64,000 nt of DNA from an uncultured Planctomycetaceae bacterium. Lineage in GTDB: Bacteria; Planctomycetota; Planctomycetia; Isosphaerales; Isosphaeraceae. The notes under the pieces are model-generated. The model was not told the DNA's origin, did no database searches, and saw only the letters and a list, made by a program, of their open reading frames with translations. Each line of letters begins with the position of its first letter. Positions within the stretch are counted from its first letter, which is position 1. Where the stretch lies: the NCBI GenBank assembly GCA_963833985.1, contig CAWIAD010000001.1, positions 768,001-832,000 on the forward strand, written 5' to 3'. This document shows positions 20,732-32,664 of this stretch, in pieces. A program made the translations under genes and the position numbers.

Positions 20732-22388
20732 ATGTCGCGACCCGGTTTTCGTTCCATGTCCGCGGTGCTCGTCGTGAGCGGCCTTGCCAGCGCGTGGCCA
20801 TTGCCCCTGCGCCCAGCAAGACCAGGCCGTACTCGCGGGAGTTCAGTACCTGCGCGGGAAGGCGGCGGGGCAGCAGGTCGGTGAGACGGCCATGATCGCC
20901 CTGGCACTTCTGAAGGCGGATGCCACCGCCACCGATCCGGTGGTCGCCTCGTGCGTCGCGACCATCCGCAAGCAATTCAGCAGTAGCGGCTATGTCCCGC
21001 AGCGTACTGGCGGCCACGACATCTACGAGGCCGCCGTGGTGGCCATGGCTCTTGCGAACCTGGAAGGCGAGGAGCATCGCGGCGAGCTCAACCTGGTGGC
21101 CACCTACCTGATGGGCATGCAGAAAGCCAACGGCTCGTGGGACTACCTCGCCCGCACCCAGGGCGATTGCTCCATTTCCCAGTACGCCCTGCTCGGGCTC
21201 TGGGAGTGCGACAACTCGGGAGTGACCATTCCCCCCGCGGTCTGGGACCGGGCGGCGAGCTGGTATCTCTCGGTGCAGTCCTCCTCCGGGAGCTGGAATT
21301 ACCACCGCGACCAGCCCGAATACGCCGACAACCTGTCGATGACCGCGGCCGGGGTTGGCAGCCTGCTGCTCTGCAAGCGGCAACTGGAGCGGTTCCGGGA
21401 GGCCAAGCGCGGGCCGAACCCGCTCCTGACGGCCCTCACGCCGGCAGATTCCACCCAGGATTATCACATCTCCACCTCGGTCGGCGCGATCGACCAGGCG
21501 GTGCGCAAGGGCATGTCCTGGCTGGCCGGCAATTATACGACCACCCAGGTCAGCCTCATCGGCCAGTCCATTTACTACGGCCTTTACGGCCTGGAGCGGG
21601 TCGCGGCGCTGGCCGATCGTCAGACCATTGGCCGGGTGGACCTGCTGGAGAAGGCCCGCTCGTTCATCAAGTCGACCCAGAAGCCCGACGGCTCCTGGAC
21701 AGCCCTGCCGCAGAATGACGCGATGAATACGGTGTGGTCGGTTCTGTTCCTGACCAAGTCCACCGCCAAGTCGATCAAGCGGGTGGCGGTCAAGCGGCTA
21801 GGGGCCGGCACGCTGGTGGGCGGGCGGTACCTGCCCAAGGACCTCACTTCCATGACCGTCGCCGGCGGCAAGATCATGAGCCGGCCCATGAACGGCGCGG
21901 TGGAGGGAATGCTCGCCGTGCTCGAAGATCCGCGCGCCCAGTCGGCCGACACGGCCGTGCAGGGGTTGATCGAGCGTTACCTGCGCGAGGGGCCCGAGGC
22001 CTTGCGGCCGTACAAGGACCGTTTCCGCAAGCTGCTCACCGATCGCGACCCCGGGATGCGGCAAGTCGCCGCGTGGGCGCTGTCGCGCATGGCCGAACTG
22101 GACGTGGTGCCCGACCTGATCAAGGCCATCGAGGACCCCGAGGAGAATGTCGTCTCCGCCGCGGCGCTGGGGCTTCAGCTCCTGAGCCGGAAGATCGACG
22201 GCCTCGGTCCCGCCAGCCCGTCGACTCCGGAGCAGCGCAAGGAGGCCGCCATGGCGTGGCGTGCCTGGTACGAGGCCATCCGCCCGCTGGATGCGGACGC
22301 CGACGACGAGGAGGAGGGTATCCGCAAGCCAGCGGGACGCTCCCCTGCGACGAAAACCGCCAACCCCCTGCGGAGCCAGTCACCATGA
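20732..22388 (+). CDS. secreted prenyltransferase/squalene-oxidase-repeat plus HEAT-repeat protein (frameshift near 20800)
   Basis: QxxxGSW repeats (QKANGSW, QSSSGSW, QKPDGSW), C-terminal HEAT-like helices; signal peptide in the adjacent frame from ATG 20732. Confidence 0.75.
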
Positions 22389-23347
22389 GCGCCATCGCCA
22401 CGTCGCAGGCCCCTCATGCCCCTGCCGCGCAGCCCGCCGAGCTGGTCCCCGTGGTGCTGGGCGAGTCGATCTACGACCGGGTCACCTCGTTTCTGATGGC
22501 CGTGGTGCTGGGGGCCCTGCTGGTCGTGGGTCTGATGGGCGTCATTTACGTGACGAACCAGGCGTATGCTTCGCGCGTGACATCGCCACTTCAGATCGTC
22601 GAGGTCTCTGGAGGCGGAGGAGGCAGCCCCGACGGTACGCCCGGATCGACGGAGAAGATCGACGTCGCCGGGGCCGACGCAGCGCCACTGGCGTCGAACA
22701 ACGAAGAGGAAGCGGGCGACTTCGAGGAGCCGGCCGTACAGGCCACTCCGGGCGCCATGCTCGACGCGGCCGCCGAGGCGGGCTCGAGCCTGGCCGAGGT
22801 GGACCTGGGCGCGGTGATGCCCACCGGCGGCACCGTCGCCAGCGGCAAGCGAGCCTCCAAGCTGGGCATTGGCGGCCCGGGACTTGGCTTCGGGCCTGGT
22901 GACGGCGGCGTCGCCCGCGAACAGCGCTGGAGCATCATCTACCCGCCCGATCAGACGCCTGAGGAATATGCCCGCCAGCTCGATGCCCTGGGCGTGGAGC
23001 TGGCCGTGGTCTCGGGCCCGGACCAGCTCACCTATCTTTCAAACCTCTCCAGCCCTGAGCCGACCAAGCGCTTCGGGTCGGGCCGCAGCGACGGCCGGCT
23101 CTATTTCCTCTGGCAGGGCAGGGGGCGCAAGGCATCGGATATTGCCCTCATCCAGAAGGCCGGCATCCCGCTGGGCGAGGGTGTGGTGCTCCAGTTCTAT
23201 CCCCGGCCCGTCGAGGAGCAGCTTGCCCAGCTCGAGGTGCGCTATCGCGGCCGGCAGCCCGGTGAGATCCGCGTCACCCGGTTCGGCGTGGTTCCCAAGG
23301 ACGACGGCTACGGTTTTCAGGTCATCGCCCAGGAGACTCTACGGTGA
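22385..23347 (+). CDS. bitopic membrane protein of unknown function
   Basis: ATGA overlap; one TM, acidic Gly-rich linker, globular C-terminal domain. Confidence 0.75.
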   Translation: MSAIATSQAPHAPAAQPAELVPVVLGESIYDRVTSFLMAVVLGALLVVGLMGVIYVTNQAYASRVTSPLQIVEVSGGGGGSPDGTPGSTEKIDVAGADAAPLASNNEEEAGDFEEPAVQATPGAMLDAAAEAGSSLAEVDLGAVMPTGGTVASGKRASKLGIGGPGLGFGPGDGGVAREQRWSIIYPPDQTPEEYARQLDALGVELAVVSGPDQLTYLSNLSSPEPTKRFGSGRSDGRLYFLWQGRGRKASDIALIQKAGIPLGEGVVLQFYPRPVEEQLAQLEVRYRGRQPGEIRVTRFGVVPKDDGYGFQVIAQETLR

Positions 23348-23444
23348 CCAGGTTGCGCGTTGCCGGCAATCCGCTCGCTTTTCAAGGACGGCAGCCGCTG
23401 GCCGCCACCTTCGTTTCCCTTTCCGCGCGGAGCTGAGCTTCTGC

Positions 23445-26400
23445 ATGGCGACCCTGGAAGTTCACGACGACGCAGGGCGGGTTCAATTCGTGGAGCTGTC
23501 GCACGACCACCCCGCGCTCTTCGGTACCAGCCCGGCATGCGACATCGTCCTTGCCGGCGAAGGGGTTTTCCCTGTCCAGGGCCGGATTCGCTGGAAGAAG
23601 GGCCAGTACCGCGTCGAGGCCTCGCCGGACGCGGAGTACGTGGTGATCAACGGCCACAAGATGTCATCGTCGAGCCTGCATCAGGGCGACGAGATGACCG
23701 TGGGCCCGTGCCGGCTCTTCCTGCTGCGTGTCGACGAGAATGACCAGGCTCAACACGCGCCCCGGCCACCGAAGCGAAGCGACGAGGAACGGACGCGCGT
23801 GCTCGAGGGACCGGGCCATCTGCACTTCGGTCCGGCGCGAACTGCCCCCGGAACCGGCGGGACGACCGCACCGCGTGCCGCCTCGGCTCTGGAGCGTGAC
23901 GACTGGCTGCGCGATCTGGGAACCACGACCGACCAGGCAGAGGACGAGCGGGAGCTCGACCAGCCCCAGGGGCGGTCGACCGCCGTGGCCCGCCGAGCGG
24001 GCTCACCGCCTGCTGTGGCTCCCGGCGCCTTGGCGGGCGATGGGCTACTGGTCCGCCTGCGAGCCTGGGTCACCGCGCTGCGCGACAGGCGCGCCCATGC
24101 TCCCGGCCGCGAGCGCCTGGTCTCGTCTCCCCTGGTCGTGGGGCTGGTCGCTGCGCTGGGACTGCTTGTTCTGCTGGGGCTGGGACTGCGGTCGATCATT
24201 GCCAGGACGCTGGCGGATCAGCAGTACAATCACGCCGTTGAGCACATGGAGGACGGCGACTATCGGACGGCGATCCGTGATTTCGACGTCTTCATGACGA
24301 ACCATCCCGAGGATTCCCGGGTCGCCAAAGCCAGGGTCTTGCGGGCCCTGGCCAACGTCCGGCAATACATCAGCGTTTCCGGCGGCACGTGGTCGACGGC
24401 TCTCGAAGCCGCGCGAGATGTACGACCAGGTCGGCGGCGACCCGGAGTTCCGAGATGAACGCGTGGAGCTGGCCGAGCAGGTGATCAAGATCGGCGAAGG
24501 GCTCGCCGATCGGGCCCGGCGCTCGGCCGACACGAAAGCCTTGGCCGAGGCGGAGTCGTGCGTTCCATTACACGCGCAGGTGGCCGGCGAGCCGGCGCCG
24601 GCGTTCCTCAAGCGGTCGCGGCTCCCCGGGCTGCTGGACGAGGCGCGGGCCGCGGTGCGCAAGGCCGACGTCCGCGCGCGTGCCCTGGAGGCCATGGACC
24701 GGGCGATTGCCGCCGGATCAGCGTCCGGCGCCTACAAGGCGCGTGACGGGTTGATCGACCGATACGCCGACCTGTCGCAGGATCCGGAGCTGATCCGCCG
24801 CATGACCCAGGCCAACGAGCTGATCCGCCGCGGGGTCAAGGTTGATCCCGCGCAAGAGCGCGGCCACGGTTCCCCGCGCCGAGCCGCTCGGACCTGCGGT
24901 GAGCCTGGTCCTTCGCTCCGGCAGCAGCCGGCCCGCGGCCGCGCCGGCCGCCGACGCCATCGCCTACGCCGTGGCCGATGGCTTCGCGTACGCTCTCGAC
25001 GCCGCAACGGGCGCTCCCCTCTGGCAGGTTCCTGTCGGCCTGGCGGCACCCTACGCGCCCCATCCGGTCGCGGGCGATGCCACGGTACTGGTTGTTGACG
25101 CCCGGCACGACGACCTGCTGCGCCTGGATGCGCGCTCCGGAAAGGTCATCTGGCGGCACGGGCTCGGCGAGCCCGTGGAGGGCCCGCCCCTGGTGCTCGG
25201 CGAGCAGCTCTTCCAGGTATTGCCCGGCGGCAGCATGACGGTCTTGTCCCTGAAATCGGGTGAGCAGGAATCGCGGGTGAACCTGGGCGTGCCGCTCTCG
25301 CGCGGAGCGGCCAGCGACGAGCAAGGCCGCTTTCTCTACCTGCTGGGCCGGCGCGACAGCCTGTTCGTGCTCGCGCGCGAGGGGCTGTCCTGCCTGGCTG
25401 TTGAGTACCTCGGGCATGAGGAAGGCTCGATCGTCTGCTCACCGCTACGGATCGGCCGGTATCTGATCGTGGTGGAGAACGACAGTCCCAGCGACAGCCG
25501 CTGGCGGGTCATGCTGCTGGATGAGGAGGGGGCCAGGGTGCGTCCGGTGCAGCGAGTGGACGTTCCCGGTTGGAGCTGGTCTCTGCCGGCAGCCTCGGGA
25601 TCGGTCCTCTGGGCGACCGGAGACAAGGGCGGAGTGGAGGCATTCGCGCTGGGCGATTACACCAGCAAGTCGCCACTGCGCTCGCTGGCGCGGCTGAATC
25701 CCGACGCGGCCGCTTCGGGGCCCGCGTTCGGCCTGGCGCTCTCCGAGCGCGAACTCTGGCTGGCTGCGGGACGGTCCGGCCGGTTCCTGCTCGACCCTGA
25801 GCGTGGCGAGATCGCGGTCCAGGCGGCCGTGAACCAGACCGGGCCTGCGCTCCAGCCGGTACGGTCCGCGGGACGCCGGGTGATCCTCACCTTCCAGGAC
25901 GCGCGCACCGGCGGGGTCTCGCTCTTCGGCGTCGATCCCCGCCTGGGCTCCACGGCGTGGCAGACCGTTCTGGGAGCGCCCTGGCCCACCGCGCTGGAGC
26001 CGGGGCGCGACGCCGGGGGCGTGCGGTGCCTGGGGCAGAACGGCCGGCGGGTCGCCCTGTCACAGACGCTCTTGAGGACGGGCGGCTTCGTCGAGGTTCC
26101 CTTGCCCCATGCCGGTGAGCTGGTGGTCCCTGCTGGCAAGTTGCTGTCCCTCGGGACGGGCAGCCAGCCAGGCCTGGTGATCGCGCCAGCGCCCGGAGCC
26201 ACGGCGGTGTGGGTTGAGGACGGCAAGGACTCCGGCCAGTGGCGGCCACTTGAACTTCCCTCGGCACTGGCGGCAACCCCGCTGGCCTGGGGAGCGAACC
26301 TGCTGGTTCCCGGCCGCGACGGCCGTGCCTACCTGATCGACCCGGTCACGGCCGAGTCCAGGGCCGAACCGCTGGTTCCCGTTTACAGCCGCGAGCGCAA

Positions 26401-27034
26401 GGGGAACTGGCGGACACCGATTGCGCTCGACCCGGCCACGGTGGTCCTGGCCGACGATGCCGGCCGGGTGCGCAGGCTGGCCCTCCAGGACAAACCGGTC
26501 CCGCGCCTCACGGTCGAGGCCGAGAAGCTGCTGGATAAAGGCCTCATCGCGGACCCGGCCGCGACGGGCGGCAGCGTGGTGGTGGTCACCGCCGACGGGA
26601 AGGTCCGCGCCCTCTCAGCGCGCGACCTCAGCCCGTTGGGCGCCTGGCCGCTGGAGGCCCCACTGCTGGGCGCTCCGGTCGCCGCCGGCAAGCTTTGCTT
26701 CGTGTTCGACACCGCCGGTGGAGTACTGGCCATCAATGCGGAGGGCCGGCGGACCTGGTCCATCAAGCTCGACGCCCCGGTCGCGGGCGTGCCGATGATC
26801 GAGAACGATCGGGTGTGGCTGCTGGACCGCGAGGGACACCTGCACGCCCGGTCGCTCGCCGACGGCGGTGCCCGGCAGCAAGTCGACCTGGGCGTCCTTC
26901 CCTGCGGCGGACTCTTTCCGCTGGAGGGCATGGTTCTGGTCCCCTCGGCGCGGGGGACCGTGCAATCGCTGTCGCTCGATCTGCCACCAGCGAAGAACAA
27001 CGTGACGCGGAGGACCGAACCATCGACACCCTGA
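23445..27034 (+). CDS. FHA domain + TM + helical region + PQQ/BamB-like beta-propeller protein (frameshifts near 24415 and 24850)
   Basis: FGTSPACDIVL...INGHK FHA-like domain; TM; repeated LDAxTG..W propeller blades across ORFs 22869-24458, 24418-25098 and 24842-27034. Confidence 0.75.
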
Positions 27035-27066
27035 GCTCCTCCCCAGGCCGGCGCTGCTTGCTGGCA

Positions 27067-29561
27067 ATGATCGTCGCGCTGGCGGTGGCCGCGGTCGCGC
27101 CGGCGACGCGGACGGGGCGGCTGCGTGCCCAGGAACCGGCGCCTGCCGCCAGGCCCCCGGCGGCCTCCGGACCAATCGACGTGAGCGACCCACTGCGGTC
27201 TCCGCCATTCGACCGGCTCACACTGATTGACGGGGCCGTCCTGATCATCGACCCGGTCAGCCCGCGCCCGCTGCCGCCAGTCGAACCGCCGAAATCAAAG
27301 AACAAGGTGCGGCTCAAGGGAAGCAAGACCGAGATCCCGCTGGAAGGCAACATCGGACTTCCCGGCGAGCCTTCGAAGTTCAGGACGCCGGGCGAGGAGC
27401 GTACGGAGGACCAGAGCGAGGAAGAGAAGAACTCGATCAAGGTGCACCTGCTCCAGGAAGCGGAAGTACGCGACTTCACGCTGAAGCGGTCGAATATCAA
27501 GTCGATCGAGTACTTCGAGGACATCCTGCTGGCCGAGGGCGACCGGCTGGTGCTGGCCCGCGAGTTCGCCCGGGCCTTCGAATGTTTCCTGCGCGTCAAG
27601 AGCCGCAACCCGGGCTGGGCCGGGCTCGCCGACCACGTCAACCGCCTGCTCTACGCGGAAGGCAGCGCGGCGTTGATTGTCGGCGACCACGAGCGCGGGC
27701 TGCGCTTGCTCCGCGAGCTGCTGGAGCGAAACCGCAACTTCCCCGGCCTGCTGGATCGAATTGCCTCGGCCTATGGGGGCTGGATCGCCCGGGCGATCGA
27801 CCTGAAGCGGTTCACGAAGGGCCGGCGGTTCCTGCACGAACTCGAGGAGATGGCCCCTGAGCACCCGGTCGTGCGCGACCTCCGGAACCGCTTCATCGCG
27901 CACGCCGGGGAGCATGTGAAGCAGGCCGAGGCCCACACCGGGGCCGAGCGCCTTGACGAACTGGTGGAGGCGGTCCGCGTGTGGCCGGAGCACCAGGCGG
28001 CGCGGACCCTCTATCAGCGGGCCTTTGAGGAGGTTCCCACCCTTGACGTGGCGGTCTGCGACGTTCCCCGGCCGCTCGGACCGTGGCAGCGATCGCCGGC
28101 CGATGCCCGGGTGACCGGGCTGCTGTACTGGCCAATCCTGGCCGGTGACAGCGACGAGGCGCGGGCCGGCAAGGCGCCGGACAGCTTGTCTCGGGACTGG
28201 AGTCCTCCGATCTCGGCCGGCGGCTCAGCTTCCGCCTGCGCGACGGTATCCTGTGGTCCGACCGGTCGCGCCAGGTCACCGCGGCCGACGTCGCCCGCGC
28301 ACTCATCGACCGGAGCGATCCGAATTCGCCGAAGTTTCAGGCGCGCTGGGCCGAGCTGCTCGATCGCGTCCAGGCGACCGAGGACAACCGGGTCGAGGTC
28401 CGGCTCAATCACCCGCTCTTCAAGCTGGGCGACTGGTTCAACTGGCCTGTCGGCCCGGCACACGGCGGGATCGACGGCCGGGTGGCCACGGTGGACCAGG
28501 GTCGGCGGCTGGTCAGCGACGGCCCCTTCGCGTGTGCCACGGCGTCCGATCGGGTCATCGACCTGCGCCGCAGCGAGAGGATCACGGGCGCCGCGGCGGA
28601 CCAGATGAAACCCGGCACCGTCCGCCGGTTGCGGGAGCTGACTTATCCTCATGCCCGGGCGATGGTCGGGGCCCTGGTGCAGGGCGAGGTGAGCATGGCG
28701 GCGCACGTTCCGGTGGACCAGGTGGCGGTCCTCCAGACCAGCGCGGGCATCAAGGTCGGGAAGTACACGGATCCTCTCTTGCACATGATTGCACTGGACG
28801 GCCGCAACCCCGTCCTCAAGAACCGCTCACTGCGGCGCGGGCTGTCGCACGCCATCAATCGCCGGGTCTTGCTGGAGGAGACGCTGCTGCACCGGCCAGT
28901 GGACGCAACGAACAACGTTGCGGACGGGCCCTTCCCCCGGGGCAGCTACGCCGACGCACCGGGCCTCAAACCCCTGGAGTACAACCCGGGCCTGGCCGTC
29001 ATGCTCGTGGCCGCTGCCCGCAAGGAGCTGGGCGGGGCGGCAATCGAGCTGCGTTTCGAGTATCCCGCCATCCCCGAGGCCCAGGCGGTGGCCCCTCTGA
29101 TCGCCGAGGCCTTCCGGTTCGCCGGCGTCCGGATCGAGACGCTCGAGCGCCCCGAATCGCAGCTCGAGACGGAGCTCCGCACCGGCCGCCGGTTCGACCT
29201 CGCTTACCGTGCGGTCCGCTGCGGCGAGCCCGTCCTGGACGCGGGATTGCTGCTCTGCCCGGGCTACGACTCGCCGCCCGATGCCGACGCCCTCGCCTCG
29301 GCGGCCAGCACGCGCATCCTGCAACTCCTGCTCGAGCTCGAGCGTGCCGCCGATGCGTCCACGGCGCGGGGGCTGGCCATCCAGGTTGACCGCGAGTCAC
29401 GTACCGAACTGCCCGTGCTGCCGCTCTGGCAGATGGCTGACCATTACGCCTGGCGCACCCGGCTCACAGGCCCCGGAGAGACCGCCGACCACCTGTACCA
29501 GGGTATCGAGACATGGGAGATCCGTCCTTGGATTGGCAGCGACCCCTGGAAAAAGCCATGA
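27067..29561 (+). CDS. family-5 (OppA/DppA-like) substrate-binding protein with long N-terminal extension (frameshift near 28180)
   Basis: Signal peptide; FRLRDGILWSD...TAADV after the frame change; LRRGLSHAINR; ELPVLPLWQ. Confidence 0.72.
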
Positions 29562-31297
29562 CCGATTCGTTTCCTGACGGTACGGGAGCAGGGCCGGGCC
29601 GGCGCGTCCGCATTGCGGCGGTCTGCCTTTTCCGCGCGTTGCTGGTCTGCTCGCTGGCATCGCGCGGGTCCTCAGGCATTGAACTCCTGCCGGCGGTCTC
29701 CGGTGAGGACGCCGCCAGGCCAGGCCCCGCACCGGCCGCACCGGCCGCGACGCCAGCCCCTGCTGCTCCCGAGGCGATCGACCGCCAGCCCTACCGGATC
29801 GAGCTTCATCTTGCGTTCGATCCCTCCGCCCGGATCGATGGGGCGCGCCGTACCGCGCTGCTCAAGGAGTGGCTGGCGCAGGTGCGCCGGTTCGTCGGCC
29901 CACCCTGGATCGTCACCGTCGCGGCCCAGCCCAGCCCCCTGGCCAGCGGCGACCTGGAAGCCCTCGAGCCCGAGGCATTCGCCAGGTTCCATACTTCCTT
30001 CGACAAGATCTGGCTGGTTCGGATCGCCTCGGCCTTGACGGGCTCGGGCCTGGAATTCTCCGGCAGAGAGTACGACGCGGCGACGCGCCGCCTCGGGCCA
30101 CTCCAGAAGCACACGGCCTTCGTGCTGGCCGACGCTCCCAGGGCGCTGCTCCAGTTCGCGCTGGAGCTTTTCAGTCCCACCGCGCTCATCACGGGGCAAG
30201 AGGGCGGCCGCGCCTTGCTTCTGGTGCGCGGAGGATCCATCCTGCCAGCCAGCGAGCTGGGCAGGGTCGCGTCCCGGGGGATGGTCTTCTTCCCGGTTCG
30301 CCTCATCACGATGCGCGATCAATCGATTGCCGTCCGGCGCATCGCCTTCTCGTATCTGCTCGTGGAGGAAGCCAATGGCGCCGTCGCGCGGTGCGCCATC
30401 GTCAGCGCACTGCGTGACCCGCTGACACAGCGCGTGGCGCGGCCGAACACGCTGGCGGCGATTGGCATCAAGCCGGGCAACAACACGCTCCGGCTCAGGT
30501 TCATCAGCCGCAACGACAAGTCGCCGGCGGCGGGCTACACGCTCTATGCTCGTACCGTGCCCGACGGCCTGCCCCAGGACCTGGGAATGACGGACCGAGG
30601 GGGTCGGATCGCCTTGCGGCCGGGCTTTGCCCAGGGCCTCGTGGTGCTGCGGCTGGTGGCCGGAACCTCGGAGCCGCTGGTCGAGTTCCCCATCATGCCC
30701 GGCGAGAGTGGCGATGAACGCGAGATCCCCATTGATCCGAAGCCGCTCTCCATCGCCTTTCAGGTGCAGCTCGACGCGCTGCGCGACGAGGTCATCGACC
30801 TGGTGGCCCAGCGCTCGCGGCTGGAGAAACGGCTTGAGGCCCGGCTCCAGGGCGAGGACTACGACGGCGTGGCGGAGGGGCTCAAGGAGTTCGCCCTGCT
30901 CCCCACTCGCGAACTCTTCGCCGAGCGCCTGAACAAGCTGAAAGACGAGGCCACGCGGCAGCAGGCTGAATCCAGAACTCCGGTGCTGTCCAAGAACCTC
31001 CAGGCGCAGTTCAGCGAGTTGCAGGCACTCATCGACCGCTACCTGGAGAACGACGCCTTTCAATCATACACCGAGGCGCTTGAGCGCAAGTCAGCGGAGC
31101 GCGGAGGAGCCCCGGCCGGCAAGAAAGCCGCGGCCCGAAAACCCGCGAGCCCCACGGCTCCGACGGCCGTCACGAACGCGGCTGCCGCGCCGCCGGACCG
31201 GCCCGCGTCCGCGCCCGCGGCGCCCGCTGCTGCACCCGGTTCCGCCCGGAAGCCGGCTGTGCCCCGGAAGCCGGCTTCCGGAGCGCCACCCTTCTGA
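29558..31297 (+). CDS. secreted hypothetical protein with coiled-coil C-terminus and Ala/Pro tail
   Basis: ATGA overlap with the previous gene; hydrophobic N-terminus. Confidence 0.75.
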   Translation: MTDSFPDGTGAGPGRRVRIAAVCLFRALLVCSLASRGSSGIELLPAVSGEDAARPGPAPAAPAATPAPAAPEAIDRQPYRIELHLAFDPSARIDGARRTALLKEWLAQVRRFVGPPWIVTVAAQPSPLASGDLEALEPEAFARFHTSFDKIWLVRIASALTGSGLEFSGREYDAATRRLGPLQKHTAFVLADAPRALLQFALELFSPTALITGQEGGRALLLVRGGSILPASELGRVASRGMVFFPVRLITMRDQSIAVRRIAFSYLLVEEANGAVARCAIVSALRDPLTQRVARPNTLAAIGIKPGNNTLRLRFISRNDKSPAAGYTLYARTVPDGLPQDLGMTDRGGRIALRPGFAQGLVVLRLVAGTSEPLVEFPIMPGESGDEREIPIDPKPLSIAFQVQLDALRDEVIDLVAQRSRLEKRLEARLQGEDYDGVAEGLKEFALLPTRELFAERLNKLKDEATRQQAESRTPVLSKNLQAQFSELQALIDRYLENDAFQSYTEALERKSAERGGAPAGKKAAARKPASPTAPTAVTNAAAAPPDRPASAPAAPAAAPGSARKPAVPRKPASGAPPF

Positions 31298-31348
31298 GGT
31301 TGCAGTCGCTATCAAGGACCTGGCCGGAGGTGTGCAAACTGGGCCGGA

Positions 31349-31936
31349 TCATCCATGGGCCGTCGAACCCGCCTCGGCGGTATCGCTCTCCGGCACTGCC
31401 GCTCTGGACTTGCCCCGGGTGAACAACTTCGCCAGCATTGCACCGCCGCGAAAGAGCCGGAGCAACGCGGGTGTGGACAGGTTGTCGATGTGGCTGTACC
31501 AGACCGTGACCATCCGGGTGAACTCGAGCATCTTGTCGAGCTGCTCCCGGGTGTACTGCTCGGAGTCGTCGCCGGCCTTGGCCTCGCGGACGCAGTTCTC
31601 CAGCAGGGCGATGGTCGGATCCATCTCTCTGCGCTTGCGTTCGGCCATGATCACGCGGAACGTTTCCATCACGTCCTTGAGCGCCTCGAAACGGTCGCGG
31701 CGGTCACCGATGATGTGCACGCGGCGGACCACTCCCCACGTGATCAGCTCGCGCAGGCTTGTCGAGACGTTGGAGCGGCTGACGTCGAGCAGCTTGCTGA
31801 TCTCCTCGGCATCCAGCGGGCTGGGTGAGACGAATAGCAAGGCGTGAACCTGGGCCATCGTCCGGTTGATGCCCCAGGCCTGTCCCATCTCGCCCCAGTG
31901 CAGCACGAACTTCTGTGCGGCCGGTGTCAGGTTCAC
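31349..31936 (-). CDS. GbsR/MarR family transcriptional regulator
   Basis: FVLHWGEMGQAWGINRTMAQVHALL, SRSNVSTSLREL, GDRRDRF; GTG start inferred. Confidence 0.88.
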   Translation of the reverse strand: MNLTPAAQKFVLHWGEMGQAWGINRTMAQVHALLFVSPSPLDAEEISKLLDVSRSNVSTSLRELITWGVVRRVHIIGDRRDRFEALKDVMETFRVIMAERKRREMDPTIALLENCVREAKAGDDSEQYTREQLDKMLEFTRMVTVWYSHIDNLSTPALLRLFRGGAMLAKLFTRGKSRAAVPESDTAEAGSTAHG

Positions 31937-32071
31937 GGTCTCTTCCGCAAGAACTGCTGTGACGGTCTCTACGGAAATATTACTCGGGTGAGCAGGCCGG
32001 TACAAGGCCGGCGACTGCGGGTTGCCGGCCAGAGCATGGCCTTCAGGGAGGCCGCATGCCGGGCTGGTCGC

Positions 32072-32635
32072 TCAGGGTCGTCGTGTCTGGTCACCCGCAC
32101 CGCCGGTCTGGTCGGTCACGACCGTCCGCTCCTCAAATTCCAGGGCCGCCGAGTTGATGCAGTAGCGCAAACCAGTCGGCGCGGGGCCGTCGTCGAACAC
32201 GTGCCCCAGGTGAGCATGGCAGGAACCGCAGAGCACCTCGGTGCGCTTCATCCAGAGACTGCTGTCCTCCTGGCTTCCCACGTTGCGTGATTCAACCGGC
32301 CTCGTGAAGCTGGGCCAACCGCTGCCGGAATCAAATTTCGCTGCCGAGTCGAAGAGCGGCGTACCGCAGCAGACGCACTTGTAAACCCCGTCGTGCTTGT
32401 TGTCCCAGTATTTGCCCGTGAAGGCGCGTTCGGTTCCGCGCTCGCGGGTCACGTGGTATTGCTCGGGCGTCAACTGGCTGCGCCATTCCGCGTCGGACCT
32501 GGTGACTCTGGGCGCAGGCAGGTTGCTGGGTCTGTCCATGGGACGGTTGCTCCACGTGGGACCGCAGCCGGCCGTCACCAGAAAGGCGACGATCAAGGCC
32601 GCGACGGAGATATTGATAGTTCGATCCACTCGCAC
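32072..32635 (-). CDS. msrB: peptide-methionine (R)-S-oxide reductase
   Basis: GTERAF, CVCC, SGWPSF, HLGHVF, RYCINS; possible lipoprotein leader; alternative start at 32539. Confidence 0.95.
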   Translation of the reverse strand: MRVDRTINISVAALIVAFLVTAGCGPTWSNRPMDRPSNLPAPRVTRSDAEWRSQLTPEQYHVTRERGTERAFTGKYWDNKHDGVYKCVCCGTPLFDSAAKFDSGSGWPSFTRPVESRNVGSQEDSSLWMKRTEVLCGSCHAHLGHVFDDGPAPTGLRYCINSAALEFEERTVVTDQTGGAGDQTRRP

Positions 32636-32664
32636 AGCTGCTTTTCATCCAGTTGTCAAGGCGT

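Noticed and set aside
21734..22384. N-terminal extension of the 537-aa ORF (similarly 22869-23444 and 26695-27030)
   Set aside because: These overlap upstream genes out of frame; downstream ATGs fit better.
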